A stretch of 64,000 nt of DNA from Heterodontus francisci (taxonomy: Eukaryota), in contig NC_090372.1 of assembly GCF_036365525.1 (NCBI RefSeq), forward strand, positions 168,083,771 through 168,147,770. Direction: 5' to 3'. Of this stretch, positions 49,226-63,394 are shown piece by piece. How positions within the stretch are numbered: position 1 is the stretch's first letter; every line of letters starts with the position of its first letter. A program made the position numbers and the translations under genes. Under the pieces are notes generated by a model that saw nothing but the letters and a program-made list of their open reading frames with translations, had not been told where the DNA came from and ran no database searches.

Positions 49226-52200
49226 TGAAGGGGGTAGGTAATCATTTCTTTTTCTTCCCTTGTTCTTTTCTGGCAGGCATTGACTCTTTCAGCTTATTTG
49301 TTAGGTAAACTTAGAGTCAGGAGAGCAAACAGGCCAATTCTAAGGCAACTGTCTTTGTCTTAGAATTAAAGTACCATATTAATTAAAGTACCAAGTGGCA
49401 ATGTGATGTGGTCATGGATAGGATGTGTAAAATTAGATTTAAAAAAAAATTGTGTTGGCTTGGATTTGATCGTACATTTCTGTTGCATTAAATGGGAACA
49501 AAATGCAAATGGAGGTCTGCCAAAGTGGTATATGTGCTGAGGTCTTTAACAATTTTCTCAGTGTTCAAAGTATATTGGTTTGTATGTGCGTTGCCTACTT
49601 TATATTATGTAGCTCATTAAACAAGACACGTTATTTATGTTCTAGGATTGTCCTTGTTCTTATTGGGTGTAACAGGATAAGTATATGTACAATGGTATGG
49701 TCGTTCTTTTCTTACTCAATCCTTGTTTGACACCGTGTGATTTATATCTCCTGAAACTGGAGCTCTTACAGACATCTGCAAGATTTCTGATGTTTGCAAC
49801 TTAACTGCCTCCATTTAAAAGTACTAGTAGTATGGTGATTTCAAATAAGTCGTGGTGTGCTACCAGACACGAATCCTGTTGATAAACCTGATTCTTGTGG
49901 TACTATTGATTTGTAGCCAATTTTTTTTTTGTAAACACCTTTTCCAAAGAAGTTAATGAAGTAATGTTCCTGATTGCTGTAGGCTAGTGTAGGGAGCTAA
50001 CTGAATTCAAGTGCAAGGAATGTTCATTACTACGTGGTATGGCCATGGTGACTTCAGGAATGTTTGCTTTTAGCGCACAATGTATATTGTCTTGGCCATT
50101 TAATCCACTTAAATCAGTATACTAATGAAGGTTAGTGAAGTAGAAATTTTACCAGATCTTCTATTTTTGGTCAATATATGAATTATTTGTAAGATACGTG
50201 ATTCCTTTGTAAGAATTTGTACTGCATGAGATCTGCGCTAGTGTTATGTTTGTAAAGCATCGATTGTGTGCAGTCAGCTATAAGCCAAATATAAAACTGC
50301 TTGGACTCCAAGGACCTGTTGTTGGGAAGACCCGTCTGCGGCAGGTCCTTTGGTCTGAGTGAGCCCCTACAGATTTACATTGGCTTGTGGTCAGCTGTGC
50401 AAGATTTGTCTTATGGGAGTCTGGCAATACTAGAATAATATAAAAAGCATTTTTAATATTACCGGGGACTTATTCTGCCTTACAAACAAATTTCCCTAGC
50501 CATCTAGTGCAACTCCACGTGCACTGGGTGTTCTACAATTGCATGAAGTCATGTCCAACACGTCACTGTTTGCCTTACCAAAGGTTCATATAGTCTATAT
50601 AGTCTTCAGCTGTTTTGTGCCAAGTGTGTGTCTCCCCAACTACAACAGCTTCTCTGAACTCTTTGACGCTTTGTTGTTTTGGTTTTCAAAACCTTTGTCT
50701 TTGGAATTCCCTTTACCCTGAATGGTTCAGATAATGTGGTGAATAGCTGACACAAACATCTCTGGATGGCTCTAAAGTTTGATCTCTGGTCTGTACTTGT
50801 TTGTTCCCAGTTGGCCTCAGGAAGTTAGAAAGGGAAATAAATCATCTTGGTTTTCTGTTCCTGATCACCATCCAGTGATCCTTGCTGCATAAAGATATTT
50901 AATAAAGACAATATTAGGCTCAGTTATGATACTTGGTATGGTCATATAGCTTCTTGACATTGCTTTCTAGATTCATACATGTGAAATGGCTGTGCAAGGG
51001 ATTGTCAGGGTGTGGAACCTTTCGGCAAGGTTGTGTTGATTTCAGAAGAAGTGGGGATAAAATTTGTGATCAAACTTACAGGACAGAGAAGAAAGAAATT
51101 AGAATGGAAAAATAAAGAACCTTTTATAGAATTTACTTTTTGTCTCTAATTTTAAGCTTTTATCAAATGATAGAAATGTCTCATCACCATCTCCTAAGTG
51201 CTGCACATAACAAATTATTTTAAAGTGATTGCTATGTAGAAGTAGAGAGGAGTGTTTGCTTACAAGAATAAACTACATTTGTGTTAGGTCTAACATATCA
51301 CGATGTTCCTGAGCTGGTTGGTTCCTTGAGTCCTCAGTAGCTTTTTGTTAGGTGAATTACCATTTGTCATGGACCTTGCATGTGATGTTTTAAATCTGGA
51401 GCTGCATGCTGCAGTTTGTTAATATTGCCGCTCTACAATTAAAATTCTATTCTTTTTAAAAATCTTCCATGCCCTAAATTGTAGTTTTCTGAGGTGCCAG
51501 CTGGCCTGTTGAGCAGACTGTTTTAGAAGTCTAGACCACTTCATTGAAGTGAATTAAAATCACAACTGCTCACATTTAGTTCTTTAGTATTCATTCGTTG
51601 AGTTGCACATCTGAGCTTTTCTGGGACTTGGTCTGTATTGAAAACTTCAATAAAAGTTCATTGTCCTTTATGAAACTTTAAAATAAGCGTCTTCCCTATG
51701 TCTTCCTACTTTCAAATATGAGATTACAATTTATAAGGAATAGAATTTTCGTTCCTAAATTTAACATATCACATTAGTATCCTGTATCTGTCCAAGTATT
51801 GTAAATGAAATTGTGTATACTACATTATGATAAGCAACCTTATTTTAAAGCTTAACAGTTGTTAAACAGCCTTTACTTCAGATCGTGGAGAGCGACGTCT
51901 ATGCGCAGACTTTCTGAATTTACGTTGTTAAAATCAGCATCCTTAACTGGCAACAGAATTGTAAATCCATACTTGCTACAGAGATAACTGAACTAGTTTT
52001 AGTAATGCAACCATGTTGAGCTACTCTCCTGTGATTTTGAGCTTAAGCAACTCTGTGTCAAAGCACCTTTTAGACTGTTGGAACTTTCAGGAAAATCTTC
52101 CTAAGCTTGACCAGTTTTCTTTTACACACATATTGCACAAACATTATAAGCAATCTTACAAAGCTTTAATCCAAAGCCACTAAATTCAATACGAAAACAC

Positions 52201-52389
52201 AATTTTATATATCGAAAAAAAGTAAATATTCTTTGTCCTGTCATCCTGTACTGTTCTTATTTTCTGTTTGTAGTTTAACTTTTACTTTTAACCTTTCCTA
52301 ATCTTCTCTCTTTTTAAAGTTTGCCTTACTACTTGTGCCTTCCAGCTCCAACCACACATTTTACAGGATGAAGGAACTTATTTTTTTGA

Positions 52390-55375
52390 AATGGGTGCAG
52401 GAGTAGGCCATTTAGCTCCTCGAATCTGTTTGACTGTTCAAAAATGAGATCATGGCTGATCTGTGATTTAATTCCATATATCTGCATTTGCCCCCTATCC
52501 CTTAATTTCTTTGGTTAACAAAAATTGATGTATCTCAGATTTAAAATTAACAATTGGTCAAGGATCAGTTGCTGTTTGCTGGAAGAGAGTTCCAAACTTC
52601 CATCTCCCTTTGTCTGTAGAAATGTTTCCTAATTTCACTCCCGAAAGGTTTGGCTGTAATTTTTAGACTGTGCCCCCTAGCCCTAGACTCCCCAACCAGT
52701 GGAAATAGTTTGTCTCTATGCTATCGATTCCCCATAATATCCTGAAACCTTTGATAAAATCACCCTTAACTTTCTAAATTCCAGGGAATACATTCCTAGT
52801 TTTGTGTAATCCATTCCTCATAATTTAACTTTTCAATCTCCGGTATCATTCTGGTAAACCTACGCTGCACTTTCTCCAAGGCCAATCTATCCTTCCTGTG
52901 GTGAACAGAACTGCTCACGGTACTTTAACCTTTGTATAGTTGAAGCATTACTTCAATCCCCTTGTATTCTAGTCCTGCTAGGTATGAAAACCAGCATTCC
53001 CCTTAGCCTTTTTGATTATATTCTCTACCTGTTTATGACATTTTAATGGTCTGTATACCTGGACGCCCAAGATTCTCTGGACTTCCACTGTTTCTAACTT
53101 TTCACCATTTAGAAAATACCCTGTTTAAATCCAAAGGGGATGACCTACATTAAAATCCACTTGCCACGGCTTTGTCCATTCACTTAATCTATAAATGTCT
53201 CTTTGTAGACGGAAGCATAAAGATACACTGCTTACAATGCCCCCTATCTTTGCATTATTAGCAAATTTGGATAGGTGGTTTTCTATTACATCATCTGTTA
53301 ATAAATATGGTGACTTGTTGAGGCCCCAACACAGATCCTTGCAGGACACCATGTGTCACATCCTGCCAATTGGTGTACCTGCCCATAATACTTAGTCTCT
53401 GTCTCCTGACCCTTAGCCAATTTCTTAAGGTCAATAATTTGCCATCAATTCCATGAACTTCAACAATAGCTAACAATCTGTTATGCGGGACTTTGTCAAA
53501 TGCCTTCTGGAAGTCCATATAAATAACATCCATAGACATTCCCCTGTTCATTACTTAAGTTACCTCTTCAACATATTCAGTCAGGTTCACCAGGCATGAC
53601 TTACCTATTACGAATGCATGCTGGCTCTCTCTGATCAGCTGAAAATTTTCAAGGTGCTCAGTCATCTATCTTTAATTATAGACTCCAGCAATTTCCCGGC
53701 AACATGGTCTATAATTTCCTGGTTTTCGACTGTCACCTTTTTTAAATAGCAGAGTGACATGCGTAATTTCCCAATCTAAAGGAATGAGCCCCGAATTAAG
53801 AGAACTTTGGGCATCTTCAGTGTTCCTGCCCACTTCCTTTAAAATTCTGAGATGGAAACCTGGGGATTTGTCACTGTTTAGTGCCATTATTTTCTTCATT
53901 GCTAGTATTCTAATTTTGGAGAGTCTCTGTCCCTGATTCAATATTAGTTTCTTTGGAATGTCTGGAATACTGACTTCTACTGTAAATACTGACACAATTC
54001 AGCATGTCAGTCATTTCTTTATTTTCATTGACAATATCACCATTATCAGTTTTCAAGGCATCCACAATGTTGATATCACTCTCTTTTTCCTAATATAATT
54101 GTAAAAACACTTTGTGTTGATTTTGATATTCCTTACAAGTATCTTTTCATACTCCCTTTTTGTAGCGGTTGCTAACTGTTTTGTCACTCTTTGCTGTTCT
54201 TTGTATCTTTCCTAGTCATCAGGATCTGTGAATTTGTTTGTATTTTTGTATGCTTTTTCTTTTAGTTTTGTGTCTCTTAGCTCTTTAGTTATTAATGGCT
54301 GTCTTTTTGGCAAGTCGAGTTCTTGCCCCTTAAGGGTGTAAACTTAAAGTCATTATTTTTATCTACCCTGCTAGTTACATTCTCAGAAAAACTCTTAATA
54401 AAGTTGTCACACACGATTTCCCTTTCATAAAACTATGTTGACTCTGCCTAATCATATTATGATTTTCTAAGTGCCCTGTTACCAGTACCTTAATAATGGT
54501 TTCCAGCATTTTCCCAAATTTCCAGGGAATTTTGGAAGATTACAACCATTGCATCCACTAACCCTGCTGCTGCTTCTTGTGGAACCCTAGAATGTAGGCT
54601 GTCAGGTCCAGAGGATTAATCGACTTATAGTCCCATTAATTTCTCCAGCACTTTTTCTTTATTTTAAGTTCCTCATTCTCATTAGACCCTTGGTTCCCCA
54701 CAATTTCTGGTATGTTTTTTGTGTCTTCTACTGTGAAGACAGCCATACAATAATGGTTTAACATCTCTGCCATTTCCTTATTCCTCATTATAATTTCTTT
54801 TGTCTCTGGTTCTAAGGGGCCCACCTTTACCTTTGCAGCTACTCTTTGTTTTTACACACTACTGGAAGCTCTGGCAATGTGTTCTTAGAATCTGAGTAAA
54901 CTAGCAAGAATTATGTTTCCTTCCTATTTATCATTATTTTTGGCCATCCTTTGCTGACCCAGCTCTCCCAATCCTCAAGTTTACGACTTCCTTGGCAAAA
55001 TTCAAGCCTCTTTTAATCTAATACTATTCTTAACTTCTTCAGTCAGCTGCTGAAGGATCATTTTTCCCATGGAGTTTTTATTTCTGAATGGAATATATGT
55101 TTGTTGAGAATTATGAAATATTTCTTTAATGTTTGCCATATTGGCTTTTAATCTAATTTTGCAATTTATCTTGGCCAGCTCATCCCTCTCGCCTTTGTAA
55201 TTGGCTTTATTTAAGTTTTCTACTCTAGTGTCGGATTGAAAGACGTCACTCTTGAACGTATCATGAAGTTCAATCTCGATCACTCATCCCCTTGCTATGA
55301 GATTACTAATTTACCCTGTGATTACACAAGACGATCTAAAATAGTATTTTCCCTGGTTGGTCTACAATGTATTGG
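52390..55375 (-). mobile_element. Stacked old CR1 LINE ORF2 fragments (RT and endonuclease/tether regions); endonuclease piece resumes ~56965-57200
   Basis: DVIYMDFQKAFDKVPHNRLL, GVLQGSVLGP, LLFKKGDSRKPGNYRP, KEMAEMLNHY, ESVWVEIRKNKGKKARVGVFYKP. Confidence 0.88.
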
Positions 55376-56535
55376 AACATAAGAACAAGGAGCTGGAGTA
55401 GGCAATTCAGCCCCTTGAGCCTGCTCCGCCATTCAATATGATCATGGCTGATCTCATCTCTGCCTCAACTCCACTTTCCTGCCCGTTCTCCGTAACCCTT
55501 CAACCCTTTACTAATTAAAAATCTGTCTATCTCCTCAAATTTATTCAATGTGCCGGCATCCACTGCACTCTGGGGTAGTGAATTCCACAGACTCACGACC
55601 CTTTGAGAGAAGTAATTTCTCCTCATCTCTGTTTTAAATCTGCTGCCCCTTATCCTAAAACTATGACCTCTCGTTCTAGATTGCCCCACCAGAGGAAACA
55701 TCCTCTCTACGTCTACTTTGTCAATCCCCTTAATCATCTTATATACCTCAATTAGATCTCCTCTCATTCTTCTAAACTCTAGGGAGTAAAGGCCTAAACT
55801 GCTCAATCTCTCTCCATATGACAAACCCCTCATCTCTGGAATCAATCTAGTGAACCTCCTCTGAACTGCCTCCAATGCAACTACATCCCTCCTCAAGTGA
55901 GGGACCAAAACTGTACGCAGTACTCCAGGTGCGGTCTTGTATAGTTGTACCAATACTTCCCTACTTTTATACTCTATTCCTTTAGCAATAAATGCCAGAA
56001 TTCCATTTGCCTTCCTTATTACCTGCTGCACCTGCATACTAGTTTTCAGCGATTCATGCACGAGGACACCCAGATCCCTCTGCACTGAAGCACTCTGAAG
56101 TTTCTCTCCATTTAGATAATTTGCCTTTCTGTTCTTCTGACCAAAATGGATAACCTCGCACTTATCCACGTTAAATTCCATCTTTCAACTTTTGGCCCAT
56201 TCACCTAACCTTCCATTTCCATTTGTAAATTTCTTTATTGCAACTTACTATCCCACCTATTTTAGTGTCATCTGCAAATTTGGCTATAGTACCTTCTATC
56301 CCTGCATCCAAGTCATTAATATAGATTGTAAATAGCTGGGGCTCGAGGACCGAACCCTGTGGCACCCCACTAGTTACATCTTGCCAACCAGAAAAGGACC
56401 CATTTATCCCGACTTTCTGTTTTCTGTTGGTTAGCCAATCCTCTATCCAAGCTAATAAATTGCCCCTCACCCCATGTGATGTTATCTTGTGTATTAACCT
56501 TATTGTTCTAGGAACCGTCTCAAATGCCTTCCATA
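55376..56535 (-). mobile_element. Younger CR1 LINE 3' fragment (RT C-terminal half plus tail)
   Basis: [34 protein letters not shown]; 238-aa ORF MEFNVDKCEVIHFG..FSQRVVSLWNSLPQ; intact tail. Confidence 0.93.
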
Positions 56536-56563
56536 AAGTCATTCTTCAAACTACTTTTGCCAT

Positions 56564-56962
56564 GGGGAGGTGGTGGTGTAGTGATAACGTCACTGGACTA
56601 GGCCCAGGCTAAAGCCTTAGGGACATGGGTTCAAATCCCACCGCAGCAGATGGTAAAATTTGAATTCAATTAATTAAAAGGAAAATCTGGAATTAAAAAA
56701 GCTAGTCTAATGGTGACCATGAAACCATTGTTGATTGTTGTAAAAACCCATCTGGTTCATTACTTCCCTTTAGGGAAGGAAATCTGCCGTCCTTACCTGG
56801 TCTGGCCTACTTGTGACTCCAGTCCCACAACAATGTGGTTGACTTTTAAATGCTCTCGGAAATGGCCTAGCAAGCCACTCCGTTTCTCAAGAGCAATTAG
56901 GGATGAGCAGTAAATGCTGGCCTTGCCAGCAATGCCCACATCTCTTGAACGAATACAAAAAA
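56564..56962 (+). mobile_element. tRNA-derived SINE, LF-SINE-like
   Basis: A-box-like TGGTGTAGTG, B box GGTTCAAATCC; core cctttagggaaggaaatctgccgtccttacctggtctggcc..gtgactccag; tail gcaattagggatg..aaatgctggccttgccagc..gcccacatc; A-rich end. Confidence 0.75.
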
Positions 56963-59931
56963 ATTTGAATGGTCCAGTCTATATGAAGATTAAAGTCCCT
57001 CACCATCCTTGCATTACCTTTGTTACAGGCTCTTCTTATTTCTTGATTAATACTCTGTCCAACCGTAGAGCTGCTGGTAGCAGGCTTGTAAAATACTCCC
57101 ACCCGTGCTTTCTTCCCCTTGTTCTTTCTTATCTCCACCCATACTGACTCTATTTCCTGCACTTCAGAGCTAAGATCCTTTCCCACTGCTGTCCCATGGG
57201 TTCCACTAATGGACAGTCTTTGTTGTCAAGGCAAGCTCATAAATGGCAATCTGCAGCACCTAGGTGAGTAATTCTTAATCCTTAAATGGGTAATACCCTT
57301 TTTTAAAATATCTTAATACAAGTTGCTAATACTATTTTAAATAATACAAATAAACTAATTATGCCTGAGATGAATCAGTGACAACATTGATTTCTAAAAA
57401 TGCCAAATAAAATTGTCTTTTTCTTTTAAAAACGAAAGCTATCAGTTAACAATGGTCATCTCACCTTGAGGTTCAGTAAATTGCTCTAGCTTTGCTTTCT
57501 TCTGTCATCCATTACTTATTACTACTGTATGTGCATAATCCATAGTTTTTAGCCTACCTAGTACTAATTGGCTTGAAATTGATAGTTTATTTGAAAATAA
57601 GCATGGATAATTTTGTCTGTTTCCCTTTTTTTTCCCCCCTTTGGTCCTGTCCCCTCAAAACCATAACATAATTGAATTATCTTTGTGTGAAATCTAAATA
57701 TCTTTTCCTCCTTTTTTCTCCACTTCAGAAGGCACATATTCAAGCAAGGCTGTGGTTTCACAGGACCTGATTAACCTTCCATTTCTCTCACCTGCTTATT
57801 GTTCTTGGGCAAATCTAGACACTAAAAATCGCTAATGAACTACAGGGACATCATAGTGAACATAATCCTATTTTCATCTTCCATCTCTTCATGTATTTGC
57901 CAGCTGGAGGAATCACATTAGTGTTAGGGAATGGGGTTGGTGACTAATTTCCACCTTGGTCTTGCCCCCCCACCTTTTCACCGAACTTCTTAAGCCAGAA
58001 ACTTGAGGTCAATTGTAGTGCCAACACTGCTATTCCAGTAGAAATGTGCTATCTCAGCATTGTCCAGAGACCACACATGGGATCTTCCTGGTATTTATAG
58101 CTCAGTGCTATAGGTAAGCAGTGTATTTTGTTACTGATTCTTCAATAGGGCACTGAAATGAAGACTTTTTCTCTCCCTGTTCCACCACGCTGGGGTGTAA
58201 TTCCATTGGCATCAATTGTGTTCTTAGTCCAAGTAGTTAGTCATTCTGTACAATGACTGTTGCCAGTCTATTAGACTATTGGGGCATCACAGTTAATACT
58301 GATTTTGCCCTCCCTGGCATCCACATTCACAGATTTATAGAATGTTTCATTTGTTAGTAATCCTGATTGACACATTTTCCTTTTCCATCCCAGGGGATTG
58401 AGGTCAATTTAACGTGTCGCCTAGTAGACATTGGTGAATATGACAAATCTGGATTGACCTCTGGACCTTCCTGGTTCATATGGCTCAGTTCCACATTAGG
58501 CAGTACATTTAACAACTGAGCTAATTTGGGGAAGTTGAGGAGGTTGCTTTTTATTGAACTTTTACCTTAGTTTGAGAGTTGACGTCTCAGTGATGTCTGC
58601 TGAGAGATAATTTGTATTTTTGCTTTGGAGGTTTTGAGGGTTGTTTGTAGCAGCTTTACATTGAAAAGTTAGAGGCGGAGTTTAGATTTAGATGTACAGT
58701 GATTGTCAGTATTTAATTCCAGGCAGTAAAGTTCTTGGCTTCTAAGATGAGTTAATATGACATGTAAAGGGTCATATTTTGCTATCTATTTTGTTTGTGT
58801 ACAGTAATGTAAAAATGAATTAAAAGATGTAATATATGTGGAAGTTGTAAGATGAATATATGTGCACATAAAATCTGGCTGCTGTGAATGGTGCTGTAAA
58901 TGTAAACCATGTGATGAGAGTTTTTGAAATTGAGCTACTCCTCATTTGCAGTATAGTTTGTTTCAATATATTGGGCCTCTGTGTACTTTGTCAACCCTAA
59001 AGATATATTTGCATTGCGATACTAAACCATTTTACCTGAACCAAAAGTAGTCTAAGCATTTTTGTACCATTTTTGTCTCAACTGAAGTAATATATTTAAT
59101 ACTTTTGTTTGTTTTTTGTTGGGGAGGAAATGATTTTGAATTTAACTTGAATTACTACCCAATTGATTGGATGTGATTTACAGCTTGTGTGTGTGTGCAT
59201 TTTAACATTTTATTATGGCATATTTATAGTACAAGAAGTGTGAAAGTTCAACTGAAAATAAAGCCCACTATTTTGAAAACAAGATATAGGCTATGAGAAA
59301 ACATATGCATTCTATGCTGCTGACAAGAGTTATTGTAATTACTGGAGGGGAGATTGTAATATTTAGATTTTCATTGTTATAAAAACATTGGTTACAGTTC
59401 TTTAAGAATTTCAAGAGTTCGTTATCAAAGTGATTATTATATCGTGGGTCACTCCAGATTTGTTTATGCGTAGTAGTTAACATTGCAGGAGGGGGATGGT
59501 GTTAGAAATTTGAACCATCTGGATGATTGTCAGGAATGCTGAGCTACAAGGTTCTTTGGTCTTTCACCAATGTTTCCCACGTGTGTCTGGCATAGTGCCA
59601 GTTAACAGCACAGTGCGTTTTAATGTGTCATACTTTTAAACTATTGGTTTGGAAACCCCACAAGCTAAGGAATGACACATGCCAAGCTTTTCAGTCAACA
59701 CGCTCAGCACATTATTAGGATTTTCAAGCTTAGTGCCTGGATACCTTTGGTCAATTTAATATGAATGTAATACTGTTTTCTTTAATTGCTCACGCACTAA
59801 TTTAAGGAATTTTTTTCTTGCAGATTTAATTAAAAAGATTTTTATTCTTGTACTTAACAAGCAAAATCTGAACTTTGTGAGACTTTCTTTAGTTATAATG
59901 TTTTTTTTGTCTTGTTTTGATTTATGTACAG

Positions 59932-60041
59932 GTTGGGCCCATGTGGTTTGTGCACTTTATATTCCAGAGGTGCAGTTTGCAAATGTTACTACAATGGAAC
60001 CCATTGTACTACAGTACGTTCCCCATGAACGCTTCAACAAG
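59932..60041 (+). CDS. MLLT10: MLLT10 coding exon 4; gene continues beyond the window
   Basis: tgtacag|GT TGG..; (G)WAHVVCALYIPEVQFANVTTMEPIVLQYVPHERFNK; 110 nt; donor AAG|GTAATT. Confidence 0.97.
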
Positions 60042-61494
60042 GTAATTAAATTATTAAACCAAAACCAAAATTATGCTAATTTTTAGGTAGTTTGTAGTGT
60101 AAGTATTCAAACACACACTTCCAACTAAATTTTTTGAGGCTTGTGTCTCTGGCTGCCTATAATCATCTTGCTCACTACTAGTTGGAATAGTTTTTTGGCC
60201 ACACTGCTAGGTCAGCACTTTGAAGAAGCAGTGTTGCACTTCATTGTATAAATCTGTAGGAACGTCTCATTTTCATATAATTTGGTGCTTTTCTAGGATA
60301 TGGCAATTACTTGTTCTATCTCCATTACAAGTGGGCTTGCTGTCAGTTGATTCCAACAGAAATGTTGGTTCTAGTGACCCGGTGGGTATCCTGAACATTT
60401 GAAATTTCAATTTGAAATTGGGCCTTTTAAGTTACTAAGTGGCCTTCTGCATGAGTAGAGAAAATCTTAAGGCACTTATTCTAGATATTCTCAAATGTCT
60501 CTTCCCATATTGTGCAGTGTGAGAAACAGAAGTTAGCAGACTCAAATTACCAGTCAAACTGCATTTCACTCCATGTGTTTTACCTGGAGAAAACCCAGAT
60601 GTGAGCTTATTTTACAATGTATGTGTTTGTGAGCAAGTTTTTTTTCGCTAAAATAGAAATGAGATGTGGGGAGATTTTTTTTCCTTTTGGATTAGTTTGC
60701 TCTTGAAAGTGGTTAGAATATTTTTTTTTGTCCATCACCGAGGATTGATGGCTGATTTCTTTTAAAAATTGGCCACTTCCAACAAATATTCAACATTGAA
60801 ATCAAAATCAATTATTTGTAGAGAGCATGACTATATCACTAACTTATAAAAATTACTGAAGTACATACTGTTACAGAGCAGTACATGTTTGCAGCTCAAT
60901 TTCAGTTGTAGAGTGACAGATGGATTTCAAATTAGATTGAGAAACCTCTGAAGTTTGTTTCTTTTCAAATTTCTCCTTTTTGCTGAAACCAGTGACTCTT
61001 GCAGGGGTATATTCCACAATTGTCAGCAGCTCTCAGGTGTCTCAACCAAAGTTCCCTCTAGTTTTTCTTTGTGTACAGCCTGTTTGTTGCACTGCATGGT
61101 ATATTCTGGATTGCTGTGTGGGCATGCATGCACACAACTTAGAGGGAACACTGGTCTCGCCCAAGTGACCATGCTTATATATGAGCATAGACTTTGATCA
61201 CTAACAAATTATCCATATATGGAGGTCATCAAAATCAAACATAGTCCTGATTTCACTTAACAGGTATTACTGTTTAAAGCACTCTGGCCTGCTACAGATC
61301 AATAAATCCAACACATACGATTAAATGTTGGATTTTCCATTCGGTGTAGATCACTATCACATCAGGCAGTGCATTATCTTGCTAAGCCATTGAGTGAGTC
61401 CCATCAAACTTCAAAGTATAAATTTTTCTTCAATATTAATGAACAGCTATGTAAAGACAACTCTTTATTTGTTTTTCTCTCTCATGTTTTTTTT

Positions 61495-62215
61495 TATTTG
61501 TTTCATGGGATGTGGGCGTCGCATCCAGGCCAGCATTTATTGCCCATCCCTAATTGCCCATGAGAAGGTGGTGGTGAGCTGCCTTCTTGAACCACTGCAG
61601 TCCATATGGGGTAGGTACACCCACAGTGCTATTAGGAAGGGAGTTCCAGGATTTTGACCCAGCGACTGTGAAGGAACTGCGATATAGTTCCAAGTCAGGA
61701 TGGTGTGTGACTTGGAGGGGAGCTTGCAGGTGGTGGTGTTCCCATGCATCTGATACCCTTATCCTTCCAGGTTGTAGAAATTGTGGGGTTGGAAGGTTCT
61801 GCCTAAGTAACCTTGATGCATTGCATCTTGCAAATGGTACACATTGTTACCACTGTGCATCGGTGGTGGAGGGAGTGAATATTTGTGCCTGGGGTGCCAA
61901 TCAAGCGGGTTGCTTTGTTCTGGATGGTTTCAAGCTTCTTGAGTGTTGTTGGAGCTGCACCCATCCAGGCAAGTAGAGAGTATTCCATCACACTCCTCAC
62001 TTGTGCCTTGTAGATGGGGGACAGCTTTTGGGAAGTCAGGAGGTGAGTTACTTGCTGCAGGATTCCTAGCCTCTTACCTGCTCTTGTAGCCATGGTATTT
62101 ATATGGCTACTGCAGTTCAATTTCTGGTCAATGGTAACCCGCAGAACGTTGATAGTGGGGGATTCAGCGATCGTAATGCCGTTGAATGTCAAGGGGAGAT
62201 GGTTAGATTCTCTCT
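61495..62215 (-). mobile_element. LINE 3' fragment (CR1-group) sharing its tail with the LF-SINE-like element
   Basis: ORF LTFNGITIAESPTINVLRVTIDQKL..IYKAQVRSVMEY..AWMGAAPTTLKKLETIQNKA; tail gggcaattagggatgggcaataaatgctggcc. Confidence 0.88.
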
Positions 62216-62569
62216 CAGTTTGTTCCAAGTCTGCTGCCAATGTTATTCAGCTCCTTAGAAATCATACTGCACTTACTTCAGAGTGAAGTATGCACCTTCA
62301 ATGGCTATTAGGAAAGGCAGGTTGCTATAAATCAAGATCTGTGAATCACGGCTTAAAAATTACATGATTTTTTTTGTTCTGGGGTGCTGTAAAATCTGTC
62401 CTGAAGTACAGATAGAACATAATTTACAGATGTGGAATGTCAAATTGCACTTTGCAAGATACAGCACCTTAAAACGTGCCGCAACTAACTCAACTTTACG
62501 TGGCTTTGAGAGGGAGAAGAAAGAATGCAGCTCTCCTAGGACCAAATTGAGGCTCAGAACAGACGTCTG

Positions 62570-63394
62570 CCCATTTGGCTCCAGATAATCCTGCAAACGT
62601 GCCGCAGTGGGTAGTCCTAATTAAACCAGAGCAGGAAGTTTACTGGTGCTCAATACTGTAAACACCAGCAGCACCTCTCTGAACAATTGGATGTTCCTAG
62701 GCCTTAGCTCTGTCAGCTTGAGCCTAAATTTTCTGGATTTGGGTGAGCGGTACATGCTTCTATAGGGGAACTGTGTGTACTCCATATTGGAAAAACTGAA
62801 ACCCTACAGGTGGATGTAGATTTCTCAGTAGCTTGACTTGGAGACTGTTGAACATGACAACAAATGCTTCAGAGCAGGGAAAGGGCGAGAAAGGTCAGCT
62901 CTAGCATTGTCTGAATCCAAGTTGGATTCAAGATGACATGGCTGACAATAGAATCCTGGAACTAAGTCAACTAATCTGGTACCTGAAGCAAACAAATCCT
63001 GAGTACTCCAAAGTACTGTTGATTGACCAGCTTGTTTGGCACATTAATGGCACTTGGAGCAGTGTGTGTGTCATTGGGGCCTGGGTTTCTTCCCATTTGG
63101 CTCCAGATAATCCTGCAAACATGTGCCGCAGTGGGTAGCATAGTCCTAATTAAACCAGAGCAGGAAGTTTACTGGTGCTCAATACTGTAAACACCAGCAG
63201 CACCTCTCTGAACAATTGGATGTTCCTAGGCCTTAGCTCTGTCAGCTTGAGCCTAAATTTTCTGGATTTGGGTGAGAGGTACATGCTTCTATAGGGGAAC
63301 TGTGTGTACTCCATATTGGAAAAACTGAAACCTAACAGGTGGATGTAGATTTCTCAGTAGCTTGATTTGAAGACTGTTGAACATGACAACAAAT
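62570..63394 (+). repeat. Near-identical ~300-bp direct repeats (62570-62865 and 63092-63394) separated by 226 bp
   Basis: cccatttggctccagataatcctgcaaac...gaacatgacaacaaat present twice, with two small insertions and a few substitutions. Confidence 0.95.

Noticed and set aside
55465-56181. 238-aa ORF
   Set aside because: CR1 ORF2 C-terminal fragment with internal frameshifts and 5' truncation, not a host gene
38650-60041. Alternative assignment as MLLT6 (AF17)
   Set aside because: The MVSS..MKEMIGG N-terminus and adjacency to SKIDA1 fit MLLT10
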